DNA of 64,000 nucleotides, taken from contig CM068759.1 of assembly GCA_035084275.1 (NCBI GenBank), positions 3,472,001 through 3,536,000 of the forward strand, read 5' to 3'. The DNA comes from Hydrolagus colliei. Lineage: Eukaryota. Shown here one piece after another: positions 26,321 to 38,975 of the stretch. Position 1 is the stretch's first letter; each line of letters begins with the position of its first letter. A model generated the notes under the pieces. The model worked only from the letters and a program-made list of their open reading frames with translations, did no database searches and was not told the origin of the DNA. Both the position numbers and the translations under genes were made by a program.

Positions 26321-27520
26321 CCAAAGTGATAAATCTCTCTACCCATACTAAATGAAACATTCCTTACCCTCATTCAAAATCTGTGAAAAAGGCACCATTT
26401 ACATCTCTACTAAAACTATGGCATTCTGTGCATCAACGTAAGCTTGGGTTAGCAAGCATTTCATCTGTTTAATTACATGATATTACTCATATTCGCCATG
26501 TTTAAAAAAAGACTCAATTTCAGTCCTCCACATTTGCAATCCTTTCTTGTTAACCTTCTCCGCAGCCTAACTTTCCACAGTAATATCATTTTAATGCTTA
26601 ATGGTATGTGCAGGTCACACCTCCTTAGAGGTCATCTCATGTACGCAATGAAAAATCTTCACATTACTGGAGCAACGTTTGCTTCGGCAATTGGAAATAA
26701 GGCACATTTTCTAGGAGGCGATTAGCACAATCCTGCGAGTGCTCAAAAGTGATGCTGGATGTTAAAAGTGGCAACATAATGCCATTAGCCCAGCACTGAC
26801 AACCCTCACCTTAATGAGCATAATAATTTATTTAGGGACAGTTCTTTTTTACAGAAAACATAATTCCACTATTTTATTACAATCCAAACTGGCCAGATCT
26901 TTACAAAGTCCAGTACAGTTTCCCCACGAAAGCTGTGCATTTGTGAAAGCATTTTCCACGCGGAATGAAATGGCTGATGTTTTTTGAAAGGAGACAATCG
27001 ATTCTCAGGACCCGAGGTGCTGTGTAGGAGGCAGCGAGCTGTGAAGCAGCTCCAAAAGAGCTGGTGACGTGTCCATCAATTCACCGTTACTACAGAAAAG
27101 TGAATTACTGCTTACAAGTTTTGCTTTGTAGGATACTGGGCACAAAATTCCTACTGCGGTTAAGTGTAACAGACTTTGATGATGTGCGCCTCTAATAGGA
27201 TTTTCCAATTTTCGAGATGCGAGAACTGGCTCTGATTCAAGGCTCCAAGCTACAATCTCTTAGCTACAAGGAATTCTGCCTGCTGCGTATGGCGACATCT
27301 CCCCAATTTGATCATCTGAAGCATTGCAAGTGGGAGGGATAAAGTACCCATGTTCTACCTAGTTCAAAGCATTTGATCTTTTAAAAGGGTATTAATCCCG
27401 CTGCATTCCATGCCCAGATCCCTTGGTCTCCAGCTTCTGAGAAAGCAAAGGGTATGAACTGGGAGCATTCAAAAGCACTCAGCTACTTGCACGATTCACT
27501 TGTAGCGCACGCACATTTCA

Positions 27521-27655
27521 GTTTGTGGGGACGCTGCTGTGCGCAATTGGCTGCTGCGTTTTCGCCCACAAATATACAGTCAATTCACTTTCCGGTGTAT
27601 TCTGTGAAGCGCTTTGAAGGCGTGAAAAGCGCTACATCAAATGCAAGGATTATTT
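27521..27655 (+). mobile_element. tRNA/Deu SINE, 3' part
   Basis: gtttgtggggacgctgctgtgcgcaattggctgc...atcaaatgcaaggattatt. Confidence 0.92.
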
Positions 27656-28396
27656 CAAAGACAGTACGGAGACCGATATTTCTTCTTTGTTTGCTCAATT
27701 GTTCAGTTTTGTTTTTATTTTCTCATGAATTAACTATCAGTTGTCAGAATTCTGCGAAGGATGCGCACAGATTATTTTGCACTCGTTTAGTCTGGTGGTT
27801 TTTGAATCCTCACTAGGCGGTTGGCAGGTACAAGGAACTTCTTGGAGGCGGCACAGCTCAGTGTGAAATGTGTGGAGATAATTGCCACCGTATAACTGCC
27901 CACAGCTCGGACACACACCACTTCCCAATGAGCGATGGATGATTCTATCAGTTGAAGGTGCGGAGGATTTGGAAAGCCAGACCAGTCACAGGAGCCAGGA
28001 TTCTTGTCTTGTACAATTACAAAATACATTGTATTTGGTACAAGGTACAAAATGACGCAAATGCAAGTTACTCAATGTGTATTATTTCTCATGTAAACAA
28101 AAAATTGAACTTAGAAGATCTATCGGCTTCCTCATATTACCGGAACTCTGGTTATTACAGCATTGTTGGCCTAAAACTCTGGCAAAAATTGAATTATTCA
28201 ATAAAATAACACACGCCGTTCCCTGTTTCAAGACCTAAATAATTTGAATGTCCGAGGCCCCCTTCAGGAATCACTGTACACTGAACTGCAGTGCCACAGT
28301 AAGCAGTGAAGGCAATGTTTAGGATAAATACAAGTGTTGATGCTAAAATGTTTGTATCATGTTTTATTAAGGGCTAAAATATTTTTACTGCATGTC

Positions 28397-28408
28397 TGTG
28401 GGTGTGTA

Positions 28409-28438
<30 letters not shown>
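28397..28438. repeat. Compound microsatellite (TG)n(AG)n
   Basis: tgtgtgtgtgtgtgtgagagagagagagag. Confidence 0.9.
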
Positions 28439-28439
<1 letters not shown>

Positions 28440-29875
28440 AAGAAGAAAAAAAGAAACAAAGACATTTAAAAAATGAAAGCTGCAAAAGTTCAAGACACAG
28501 AGTGCCGTGGACTCGCATGACCACAAAAGGGGAAAAATTAGCCTGCAGTAAGTGGTATAATTATTTCTGGAATATGAAATGAATGAGCTGTACTCTAATA
28601 TTTGCTGCCTTTTGTTGTCAATGTTAGAATACATTTTGCATATACACGTCTATACAGACATTCACAGGACTGGGATGATCACTCTCAGAATGTATGAGGA
28701 CGGAAAGATAACAGTTAACAGTAGTAGATGGCTGGCATGGTTATAAATCTCAGGTAATATTGAGTGAAGGTGAAACATGGCTTTATTAAAATAAAAATTG
28801 AATTCACGCTTTTGTCGCAAATAGCTTCAGTTGTTCCCGGACAAAGTAATAAGTATTTCGATTTCAAGCATATTTGTCAATCTTAAAGTTGAATTTTTAT
28901 TGCTGCCCTTTTCTAATCATTACATTAATCTCATTGCCGCCAAGCGCCTTATTGGTATGTTACTTCACTGTTGTGAAATGATGATCTGGATTTTTTTTTC
29001 CACCCAGTGAAATGGCACAAGCTCCACAATTCCCAGATGCTTACTTACAGTGAATGTAAAACAATATACCTGACAGATGCTCTGAGCAGCAATTACCTGG
29101 TCTGATATCTCTGATGGAGATGTTGGGATTATAAAGTAAATATCCCATCTCCACCACAGACTTTGACATATTCCTAATAATTTATTCACATGAAGGGCGC
29201 GCTGAGATACAGAGCAAGAAAAAGCACTGTAAATTGCTGCTACAATATTTCTAATTATCTAAGACCCCCGGAGGGATGCCTGCATTGCCTCACTGAATCC
29301 TCGGCTATGTAGCCTTACAAAACATTTTGATGAATCCTGACTGATTGCACAAGAAGCTTAAAACATAAATGGATGAGCAAAATGAGTCTTCTTGCTAAAT
29401 CGAAGATGTTTACGCTCGTAAATAACTTATTAGACAAACAGGAGATTAAAGCAAACCTGGAGTTACGAAGTTAGCTGCAAATAATCGGGATTAGTTGCAA
29501 GGCATTATTCATATTTTTCCACAATACGCTGCAGGACCTTTTGAAGTTCTGTCACATCACATGTTCCCTTTCATGCCTCTGGTATTTTGGAACAACAACT
29601 TGCACTCATGTGGTGCATTTCACGTAGAAAGTATGTGGAGGATGAGAGAATGAATAACTATTCTCTTCAGCCCTCCAGCAAGGTCTCCCAAAGACATAGA
29701 CACCTACTGCTGTCGATGTCATTTTGCACAACATGCAGTGGTTAATTAATTGACAGCCCTGTCAAAGCCTTCCAGGAATATGCTTGTGTTCACCTATACA
29801 TTGAAGAACTATATGGACACTTGTTGGCATTTCTGGTTGGTCATTTGTTAAATAATCTGCAATTACAGTAACAAT

Positions 29876-30088
29876 TAATAATAATAATAATCCTTGCGTT
29901 TGATATAGCGCTTTTCACATCTGATCGACGTCTCAAAGCGCTTCACAGAATATACTGTAAAGTGAATTGACTGTATATTTGTAGGCGAAACGCGGCAGCC
30001 AATTGCGCACAGCAGAGTCCCGCAAACATTCATGGATTGAAATGAACAATTTTTATTATTGTGTTTTTTGGGGGGACGGATTATTATT
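29876..30088 (-). mobile_element. Young SINE lacking its head
   Basis: High similarity to the reverse complement of 20010-20220. Confidence 0.95.
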
Positions 30089-31150
30089 TCCACCGTTACT
30101 AATGTGTCCACCAAACACATGCTACCTACTGCTGAACTGGGGTCATGCACAGAACAAGCCTGGTCACCTGAAACAGGGAAATTTGATATGAGAGGAAACT
30201 AAAAATGCTTGTTTATTTCAGACATGAAAGAAAAAAATAGTTATGAGGTGATAAATATTCAACCAGGTTGGGTGGCAGCGATGGTGTTGAGAATGCACAC
30301 TCTGTGATAGTACCCAAGGCATCAGGAACAGTCTAGTTGTGTGTTACGTTCATCAAGATGAAGTGCGACTATCTAAGTAACCAGAATGCTATTTTGCTGT
30401 AGGCTCACATAGAGAATTCTTCCCTGTGGTGTTAGAAAGGGGTGAAAATTCCTCATGACCTGTCAAACACTGGATGTATGCTTTGGATGGGATGTAAGGC
30501 AAATATAAAGCTCTCCCTTGCCGCAATAGTGTGTTTCCTCAACTGAGTCTCCGGAGTACACACACGACTGTACCAGTGTGAAATTTTCATTTCCATTACT
30601 ATGCATTTCGCTCTCTAGAGACCCTTTTGCTGTTCAAGGAATTATTTCCCTTTTCTAAGATCTTTCTCTCTCTCTGTGTGTGAAATTGACGGCGAGACTG
30701 CTATTTCATTAAAGTCATGCTTAACTTGTTGTTGCTATCTGAGTATCCTTGGGAAACCAATGTAAAAGCTTATCCTGACAACAGTGTGGGTTACGTGCAA
30801 GATGGAAGACCTTAAAGCCTGTCTAATGCAACAAAATATTACTCATAAGAGTCTGAGAGATCCCTTAAGCTAATTTTTTTTTAAAAAAAACTGGCTGTAA
30901 CCCCTGAATAGCATCTATAAAGATTTCCCTAGGTTGTTATTCGTATCTTCTATCCTGCAGTGGTCTTTTGAAGATGATAATATAGAATTATGGGCTCACT
31001 GGCAATGATACCTTTATGCTAATTCCTTTATGGAACTTGCTCCTCGTTATTTTGTAACTATCTGTAGTTTTGTTTTGTACCCCCGACAGAAGTTGCCAAA
31101 TGCCTTCCATTGGGGTAAAGTTCCAACTGGTTCAGGATTGATCCTATTTT

Positions 31151-31447
31151 ATCCTGAAGCTCAGTGCTTAGAGCACTCACCTTGTAAGTGAGAGAGCTGG
31201 GTTCAATTCCAGGCAGCGTGAAACCTTGGGCAAGTTTATTTACTCCACACACCTAATAATAATCCCTAAAAAAAAATTGGTCATTTCAATCCACAACTAT
31301 TTGTGGGATACAGATGTGCGCAATTGGCTGCTGCATTTCCCCCACATATATTATAGTCAATTCACTTTACAGCATATTCTGTGAAGCGCTTTGGGACATC
31401 TAGAAGATGTGAAAAGCGCTATACCAAATGCAGGGATTATTATTATT
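31151..31447 (+). mobile_element. Full-length tRNA/Deu SINE
   Basis: agctcagtgcttagagcactc...gggttcaattccaggc head, then body and (TTA)n tail. Confidence 0.95.
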
Positions 31448-32827
31448 TATGTAGCATATTTGGGGTATATTAAATTTGGCAAGTACAGTAGTTGAATGAA
31501 AAGCTTTCCAGAAGTTCTTAAAAGAAAGTACGCAAACCTGGCTCCATAATTAAAGCTGCAAAATTACATCTAGACCCGAGTGAAATTTCTCACCACTATA
31601 TACCTTATATGGCAATTAGTGGACAAGGGAACAGAAATTATTCATCACTCACCAGAGCACCTGGGACATCTAATTGCTGCAATGATATTACAAGTGCCAC
31701 ATGGAGCCAGCTGCAATCCAACACCTTAGCTTTAGCAGAATATCATAAGCACAAGTACTTAAACAAACACTTTATATATAAAATGTATTAAAAAAAACAC
31801 ATACAAACCATGCCTAGTAAAGCTATTTCCAAAGATTGTGTTCCATTCCTGGTGCATTTGGAATTCATACTGGATTCTGGGCACTGAACACCAGCATAAC
31901 TGGGATATTTGAGCAAATGTTTGCCTTTGAGTTAGTGAGGGCTAAACTTCTGGACTTGACTGCTGAAATCCATGACATTCAAGCAGCATTTCAGCAATGG
32001 TCATTTGGTATGCTGTTTCATCACGATGCTGGATTGCACCACTTTGCATCGGAATCCCCTAAACAGAGAGAGGTCCCCCACCCTCAAACCTAGCAGGCTA
32101 ATACTTTAAGGATGTGAAGTTATCGATTTAAGGTAAGTGCTTATTAATGCTATTAAAATATCAGTACAATTCATCACAAGTGTACCAGTCTACATCCCCA
32201 GCTGTGTGTGCACCATGTGTGATATAGAAATGTCCTCAACTGGAACATTACAAATAGGAAAGGATTGCTGAATGCATGAAATCCGGGTGGTTTATTATAT
32301 TTTGATCATCCTTTTGCAAGCAATAAACCCCCCTCCCCACCCCCAAGGGTATATATAAATCTACTTCTTAGAAAGGTTACATCTCTTCTGACCAGACCGC
32401 AAGAAGGTCCACGGGCACATTTCATCTGATTTTTTTTAAAAAACTCCAGAGCAATGGCTTTAACTTGCAAATTTGTTCCGCCCACTGAGAATTGTTCTTC
32501 GTCACTGCGATCTGACGTGGGAGAAACATTATCAGTCATTACCCAAAAGGTTGTCCACACCGCTCAGACAGCGCTTAACATTGATATCGGATTTGAGTTT
32601 GGGTTCAACGCGTCTCAAGAGAAGACAGGATCGCAAACGATATCAATTTGAATGCAAGCCAATTTTGTCATTGTAAAAAACAAACAAGATGAATACCTGA
32701 ACCCCCACTTGCCGACCTCCCACTTGCACCCCCTCCCCCCCGCCCCGTCCCCCAGGGCCATTAGGATTGTTCAGGTTTGGTAAGTCCGTTTGACCACCTC
32801 CACCAAATGTACTACTACTAATAAAAA

Positions 32828-33444
32828 TAAATAATAATAATCCTTGCATTTGATATCGTGCCCTATCATGTCTTCAAGACATCGCACAGTGTTTCACCAA
32901 ATATACTATAAACTGTATATTTTGGGGGCACAATGTGGCAGCCAATTGCACACAGCAATATCCCACGAACAGTTGTGGATTGAATGACCAAATTATTATT
33001 ATTAATTTTTATTTATTTCAATTTGAATGGATTATTATCCGCAGAAAAGCGAACCGCCAATCGACTAGCAACCAGGGTCCTACTACATGTCTCTACCATC
33101 GGTAGCTGGGCTTTCAGCTTCTTTGGCCTCAACCTTTTGAACTCCACAGCCCCTTCATCTTGCTGCCTCCCTTGCCTCCTTCAGGGCACAATTCAAGATG
33201 TTCCTTTCCGACCATGGCCTTCAATTGCTCTCCTACACTGCCCCCTCTCCCCGCCAAGCTCGGGATCTGATACCCGACTCTTTCGCACCTTGGGACATCC
33301 TGCTAATGTGAAAGGCACTTTACAAGTGTAATTTTGTCGTTGTTATTGCTAGGTAAACAGAGGCATGTGTTTCAGAGGAGGGAATCAAACTCAGGTCCTT
33401 TCGCTTGCGAGGCAAGTGCCCTAACCACTAAGCTACAGGGCTCC
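32828..33444 (-). mobile_element. SINE (variant subfamily) split by an L2 insertion
   Basis: Tail and body at 32828-33088; head gaatcaaactcaggtcctttcgcttgcgaggcaagtgccctaaccactaagctacagggctcc at about 33382-33444. Confidence 0.85.
33089..33348 (+). mobile_element. L2 LINE 3' end (subfamily b) nested in a SINE
   Basis: STIGSWAFSFFGLNLLNS resembles the L2 motif G.RAFS..AP.LWNSLP; tail gcaccttgggacatcc...gtgaaaggcactttacaagtgtaat(TTG)n. Confidence 0.85.
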
Positions 33445-33989
33445 ACGAGTAATTATCTGGTATCTCAATGAACCACACAATGGAGTCTCTTTATCTCAGC
33501 AACTCAGATCAGCTGTAACATTTGCTTTTTCAGGCTGCAAACTAATGTAGTCTCACATCAGGCAAAAAGGTTCAAATGAGCTTGAACAATAAAATAAATG
33601 TGACAGGTCTTCAGAAGCAAGTAGCTCCAAAATGTCAGTCTGCATATAGCACACTCTCTGTGAGAAAAACATTACAAGTCCCAGAGGATAATTCCCCAGC
33701 TCCTCTCAAATCACTTGACTTTACTGGAGTTACTGTCACTGCTGTATTCAGGCTACGTTTATTCAGTCTTCAATCCTCTCAGTTGCAATTTCACTTGGAG
33801 AAAGCACTTTTCCCAGTTTCTATCACCGAGCCTTATGAAAAACTTTCATCACCAGCAGTCACTTGGTCTGCGAGTCTTCTGGAGTTAAGTGAGTCTTTCT
33901 GAGCTCCTACAATGGGTGGAAATAGTACCAGCTCCGGAGATTTGTTTAGTTCTAATTGTTGAGATAAATTGGCAATTGACTTCATAACT

Positions 33990-34148
33990 GTTTTGTGGGA
34001 TATTGCTGTGCGCACACTGACTTTCTCATTTCCTACAGAAATAGGCAACCACAACACTACACAGAAAAACCACAGCACTTTACTTTGAGACATTGCAAAT
34101 GTGATCAGTCATTTGATGCATCAAATTCAAATGTTTTCTATTATTACT
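33990..34148 (+). mobile_element. Old Deu SINE 3' part
   Basis: ttgtgggatattgctgtgcgcaca...tttcctaca...tttgagaca...atcaaattcaaatg. Confidence 0.7.
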
Positions 34149-35443
34149 TTAGTAATAATATGGTATCCGGTTATCACAACGTCTTCTTTGAAGTTGCCTT
34201 CTGCGATATATATTCCCATATATTATCCCTCTACTTCTGAATTGTGGTTTAGAGGGTGCCACATGCTATTGAATACAAACAAGAAATTTTAAAATGAGCA
34301 TTATTAAATACCCTGTTATATTAATCATAGTAGAATGGATACAATTTTTAAAATGTGTAATAAACGCTAGTTAGCCAAAGTTATAATGTGCCCCAAAGAC
34401 CAGAATAAAGTTATGAAGCCTGTGCAGCCAACAAAAGTTATTTATTCCATTTGAGTGACTTAACATTATTACTTGGAATGCTTTCCTCCATTTCTCACAA
34501 AATATTAAAATATGCTGCCAATCTTTTGGATTTGACATTCTGGCTCTTTGTAGCATTTGTACTCCACTTCTAGTTCCCTGTTTGCCACTTAAAACATTAA
34601 ATAGATCTTGACTTTTCAGACAACAGCTGCCAAAGAACTTTACAAGATGCTATGTTGTTTTTATTTCTATTAGGCCACAGAGCAACACTTTCATGCTAAT
34701 TGTGACTGACTGTGCAAACAAGCATCGGTTAAGGTCACAGCAGCCCAATGAATTTAATACTTAATTATCTTTCAGGGTATTGCCAACATAGCTTCCAGCC
34801 AAGTACTTTGAGAGACAGTTCACCAAATGTAATGAGAAGTTTTGAAGTATTCTCTGCAATTGCAATAATCCGCAATGAAATGATAGAGAACACAAGCACA
34901 AAATACATGCATTATTTTGTGGGCAAACCTTTGCTGAATATGTAGACTCACAATCGAGGGAAGTGGAAATCTTAATGAATTCTCCCGGCAAGGAGGACTC
35001 ATGTGTCAAACATGAGTTAGCAGATCTTTTTTCCATTCACAGAGTTGACAATCCAAATTCACTAAGCGTTTTAATGTCTGCTTTAGCCTTCTTATATTTT
35101 CTCGCATTAAGTTAACCCTCCCAGTTTGTTCAGGAAGGTGAGATGTCAACTCTTTAGATGGCATGAATGCCACTCTTTTGTTGACTAGGAAGAATACGTG
35201 AATGGTTCATGAGTGATTACTTCTCTCCTCCCCTGCCCTCCACAAATCCTACTACTTCTCCCATGTGCCCCCTCCCCAAATTCAAACTGCAAATAGCAAT
35301 TAACTGTAACTTCGACGGGTGAACTCATTATCGGGTAGAATGTATTTCAATCAGTAAAGATCTTCCCGTTATAAGCACATCTTGTTAGAAGTACATTTTA
35401 AAAGGTAACTTTTGTTAAATCAGCAAAATTCTGCATCAGTCAC

Positions 35444-35828
35444 GTTCAGTTTGTTAGGACTCTTGCATCCAAGTCAGAAAGGCCTGGGTTCGATCACCAT
35501 GTCAGGATGAATAGTTTATTACAGTTGATAAACCATTACATTGCTGGGAGTGCACTGCATTGATGGAGATGTTCTTAAACCAGATTTACCTGTTCAGATG
35601 GACATAAAACTATTTGGAAAACAGAATGGAGTTTTTCACCAGTATCCTGGCTGACAATCGACCAAATCAAATTGGTTACTCACTTTGTGGCTGTTTGTAT
35701 GACTTTACTGCGTGCAAATTGGCTGTTGTGTTCACTTACAAAATACATCATTTCACTTTACAGCATATTGTGTGAAGTGCTTCGAGACATGCTCCTGACA
35801 AATGTAAGGATTAACTACTATTATTATA
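35444..35828 (+). mobile_element. Old long-form Deu SINE
   Basis: Head agtcagaaaggcctgggttcgatc, core cctgttcagatggacataaaa...cagtatcctggctgac...gctgtttgtatgactttactgcgtgcaaattggctg, then tail. Confidence 0.8.
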
Positions 35829-36407
35829 ATTTGATGTCCAATCTTACTTCAGTGTTATATATAACAAGCCATTTTGGGGGTAAATTTGACAAGTGATATG
35901 TACACAATAGAAACAGAGCAAAGTTCTGTCATGTCAACAAAAAGCATCAAATTATTCCCTCAGGATCTTAGCTCGATACATTTTTCAGATACAACAGGTT
36001 GTGATTATTGCAGTTCTTTCGGTTCTAAGATATGCAATTGTCAACAGTTATCAACTCTTGATCTGCATGGCTTTTCAAAGGTTCTGCGTTTTCCTTTACA
36101 AAACATCTCAAAGACTTACTGACAACGAGGAACTTGGAAAAGATAAGCTATAATAGCTTTGTAAACCACTCCAACAAATGAACATAGAACAGCTTTAGTT
36201 TGTGGCAAATTTACACTCCTAACATAAAAAGTGCGATATCAAATATAAGGGTAATTTGTTGTTTATTCGTGATTTTTAATTATTGTCATAAGATTTTAAA
36301 TCATTGCAAAGTGTTGGTACACAAGTACAACATTGAAATCCATTTTATTCAGAATGCTGTTTTAGTTAGAGGCTGATTGATTTGCAGTGAATTGCACAAT
36401 GTTTGGG

Positions 36408-36526
36408 ATGATAATAATATTTGCATTTGATATAGCGGCCTATCGCATTCCTAAGCATCTCAAAGCGCTTCATAGAATATACTACAGTATAAAGTGAATT
36501 AATTGGGTATGTTGTGGCCAAACGTA
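36408..36526 (-). mobile_element. SINE 3' tail fragment
   Basis: ataataatatttgcatttgatatagcg...atctcaaagcgcttcatagaatat...aagtgaatt. Confidence 0.85.
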
Positions 36527-38212
36527 TGAGGTGATAAGGGCGAGAGAATGGACTTTGTGCCATCTTGAAAGAGTTGCTGCCTCCTCCTCTTCCTCCCATA
36601 TCAAACTCTTCTGCATTCCATTCTACATTCCACAATTTCTTGCTGAGAATGACGTTTACACACAGCAGTTAGCTATTAAGGCCATATTGCGTTCGCTTCT
36701 CTTCCTGAAGAATTAAAAAAGCACCAATTTTGTGTATAAAAAAAATATACAAGTCAGCTATCCATCCAGACCCCCTTATAGAAAACCATACAGCTACTAG
36801 AATGTCACCCCTATCCTGTGTTTTATCGTGTAAATGTTCAGCCTGCAAACCAATTTTCAAAACTAATGAGAATATGGAGTGTTTAAAAGGCTGCACAGAC
36901 TGAGGCTGTGGCTCGTAGACTTTCTAAATGTAATTTCACATTTCCCTCCCGAGTAAGTCAGCGCACATCCCCTACTTCAGGTTACTTGAGAAAAATGACC
37001 TCTGGAGGGGGGATGCGGATTGGAGGTTCACGCATAAAGTGCTTGAGGAATAGAGTGGTACCATAAATTAGATAATATTTCCACTTGCCTGGTTAGAGCC
37101 TCTCAAGTTTGAAAGGGTAGCCACGGCTGCCTAAAGGAAGATACCACCTCTTCCAAATGTAAACTACCACTACATTAAACTAAAAGGCTCAGCACATGTG
37201 CGGTGAATGAAATTCGGGGTTACGTGACAGTGATAGGCACAAAACGCAAGATGTGCCACGGAAAATATCGATTTCCAAACTCCAGATGTCACATTGTTGA
37301 AAATCGCCTGGGTGATTTTAATGCTTATTACATGTAGCAAATGAGACGATAAGAAGTCTTAACTATCTTAGGGCTAACGCATTATGTACAGCATCACCCG
37401 GTGAACATACGAGATCTGCACACATCACTAGCCTGGTTTACTGCAGGATGCCAGTAGCCACTGTGCCATTAAGCAATGTAAAAGTGCTGCAATCTTAATG
37501 CATTTTCTCCATGGTAACTCTTGATTGGCCAGCGAGTAAAATTATTTTCCCCCCTTGGGAGCGAAGGAGGATTCATTGGAAATGGTCACATTCTCTGAAC
37601 AGCAAGCAGCAATTCCACCAGCTGATTGTATTTTGAGCTTCCCTGCCTGTGTTATTTGAGCCCACGTTTAATTATTGGATTTCTTACCAGGGAGAAGTCA
37701 AGCCATTCAGATTTACATCAGTGTCTATTTGTGTATCATTCGATTGCTCAGATTGAATTGCGGCAAATGCAAGCATAAAACAACATCGCTTAGAGAAGGC
37801 ACCAGTAGCCTTACATTCAAGTTAGTGGGAAACTGAACCATCTTGGCATACCAGCATCATCAACTCACAGTATCCATTGCCAGGATTGCTTTTTGGCCTA
37901 ATAGACCTATTTCGGTTAACTGCTTCAATGAGGTTAATGCTTGTTTTATGCAACGTGTTTGATGGGAAAAAAAAAAGAAATGGGTGTGGGGGGGGGGGCA
38001 TTTCTAGAGAGTTAAAGGCCTGAATGTCCAAGAATAGTTTGCAAACACCTATCAAACTTTAGCACGCTAGCCAATTGGTGAGTCACAAAGCTTCGTCTGT
38101 TACCTCCTTCTCGGTTCTGAAATAAATAAAACATGTACAGGGAAATGCAATCTGTTCATTTTACTGATCATGCGATTGTGCAATGTTTGGTTTACAAAGC
38201 TACAATGCATTC

Positions 38213-38280
38213 AAGTATAATTATGAATGCATTGTAAGAGTTACAACTATAACTCTTACAATGCATTTATGATTACACTT
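38213..38280. repeat. Inverted repeat, 31-bp arms, 6-nt loop
   Basis: aagtataattatgaatgcattgtaagagtta-caacta-taactcttacaatgcatttatgattacactt; 28 of 31 positions are Watson-Crick pairs. Confidence 0.95.
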
Positions 38281-38769
38281 TGTTTTATATTGTACACACA
38301 CTCATACAAGCTGTCAGGAATATCATATTTCCTGAAGAAACAGCATGATCATTGAGGAGTCGGTCCTTTTTGTTGTTCAGGTTTATTACTCACCGGTGAA
38401 AACTGACAAGTAATAAAACTGAACTGAAAGTGCAGATAAAAACTCTGCCCTAATTTATCTCAAAAATGCTGTTTTATGTCGATCAATAGCACTACTTAAA
38501 GAATTTAAGTGCGAGGTGGAAAGTTGACGAATTTACATCAGCTGGATTTCTGCTGGTGAATTTGAGCTAAACAGTGAAGGAATCTATTGTAAAGGCAAGA
38601 TTGGGCCATGGACCAACTGCGAATGTGCACAATAGTTGTATGCTTTGAAAAGCTGTATCCTGGATTGAAACCTGATGTTGAAAATAAGAGTAGATTTCTA
38701 TTATAAGCTATGAGGCAGACGTGTGTGCTGTGAAAGCACAGTTGGGTTAGGTTTCCTATATGCTAAAAA

Positions 38770-38975
38770 AAAAGTGAGGAAGAAAATTTGCCAGGATTGT
38801 CATTCTTGATGCCGATTGAAGACATCTTATTCAACGGACAAATGTGGGATTTGGAGTGAGACAGGATTGGGTTTCAATTGCGACAGTTTCCTTTGGCTAA
38901 ATATCCCATTGAGAGTTATTATCCAGGCTCAAATTTGAAGAATATCTGCTGGGATAAGATCCTAGAGTGTTATAC
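38770..38975 (+). mobile_element. AmnSINE2-like ancient SINE relic
   Basis: gaggaagaaaatttgccaggattgtcattcttgat...gtgagacaggattgggtt...atccaggctcaaatttgaagaat is collinear with the recalled AmnSINE2 consensus. Confidence 0.5.
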
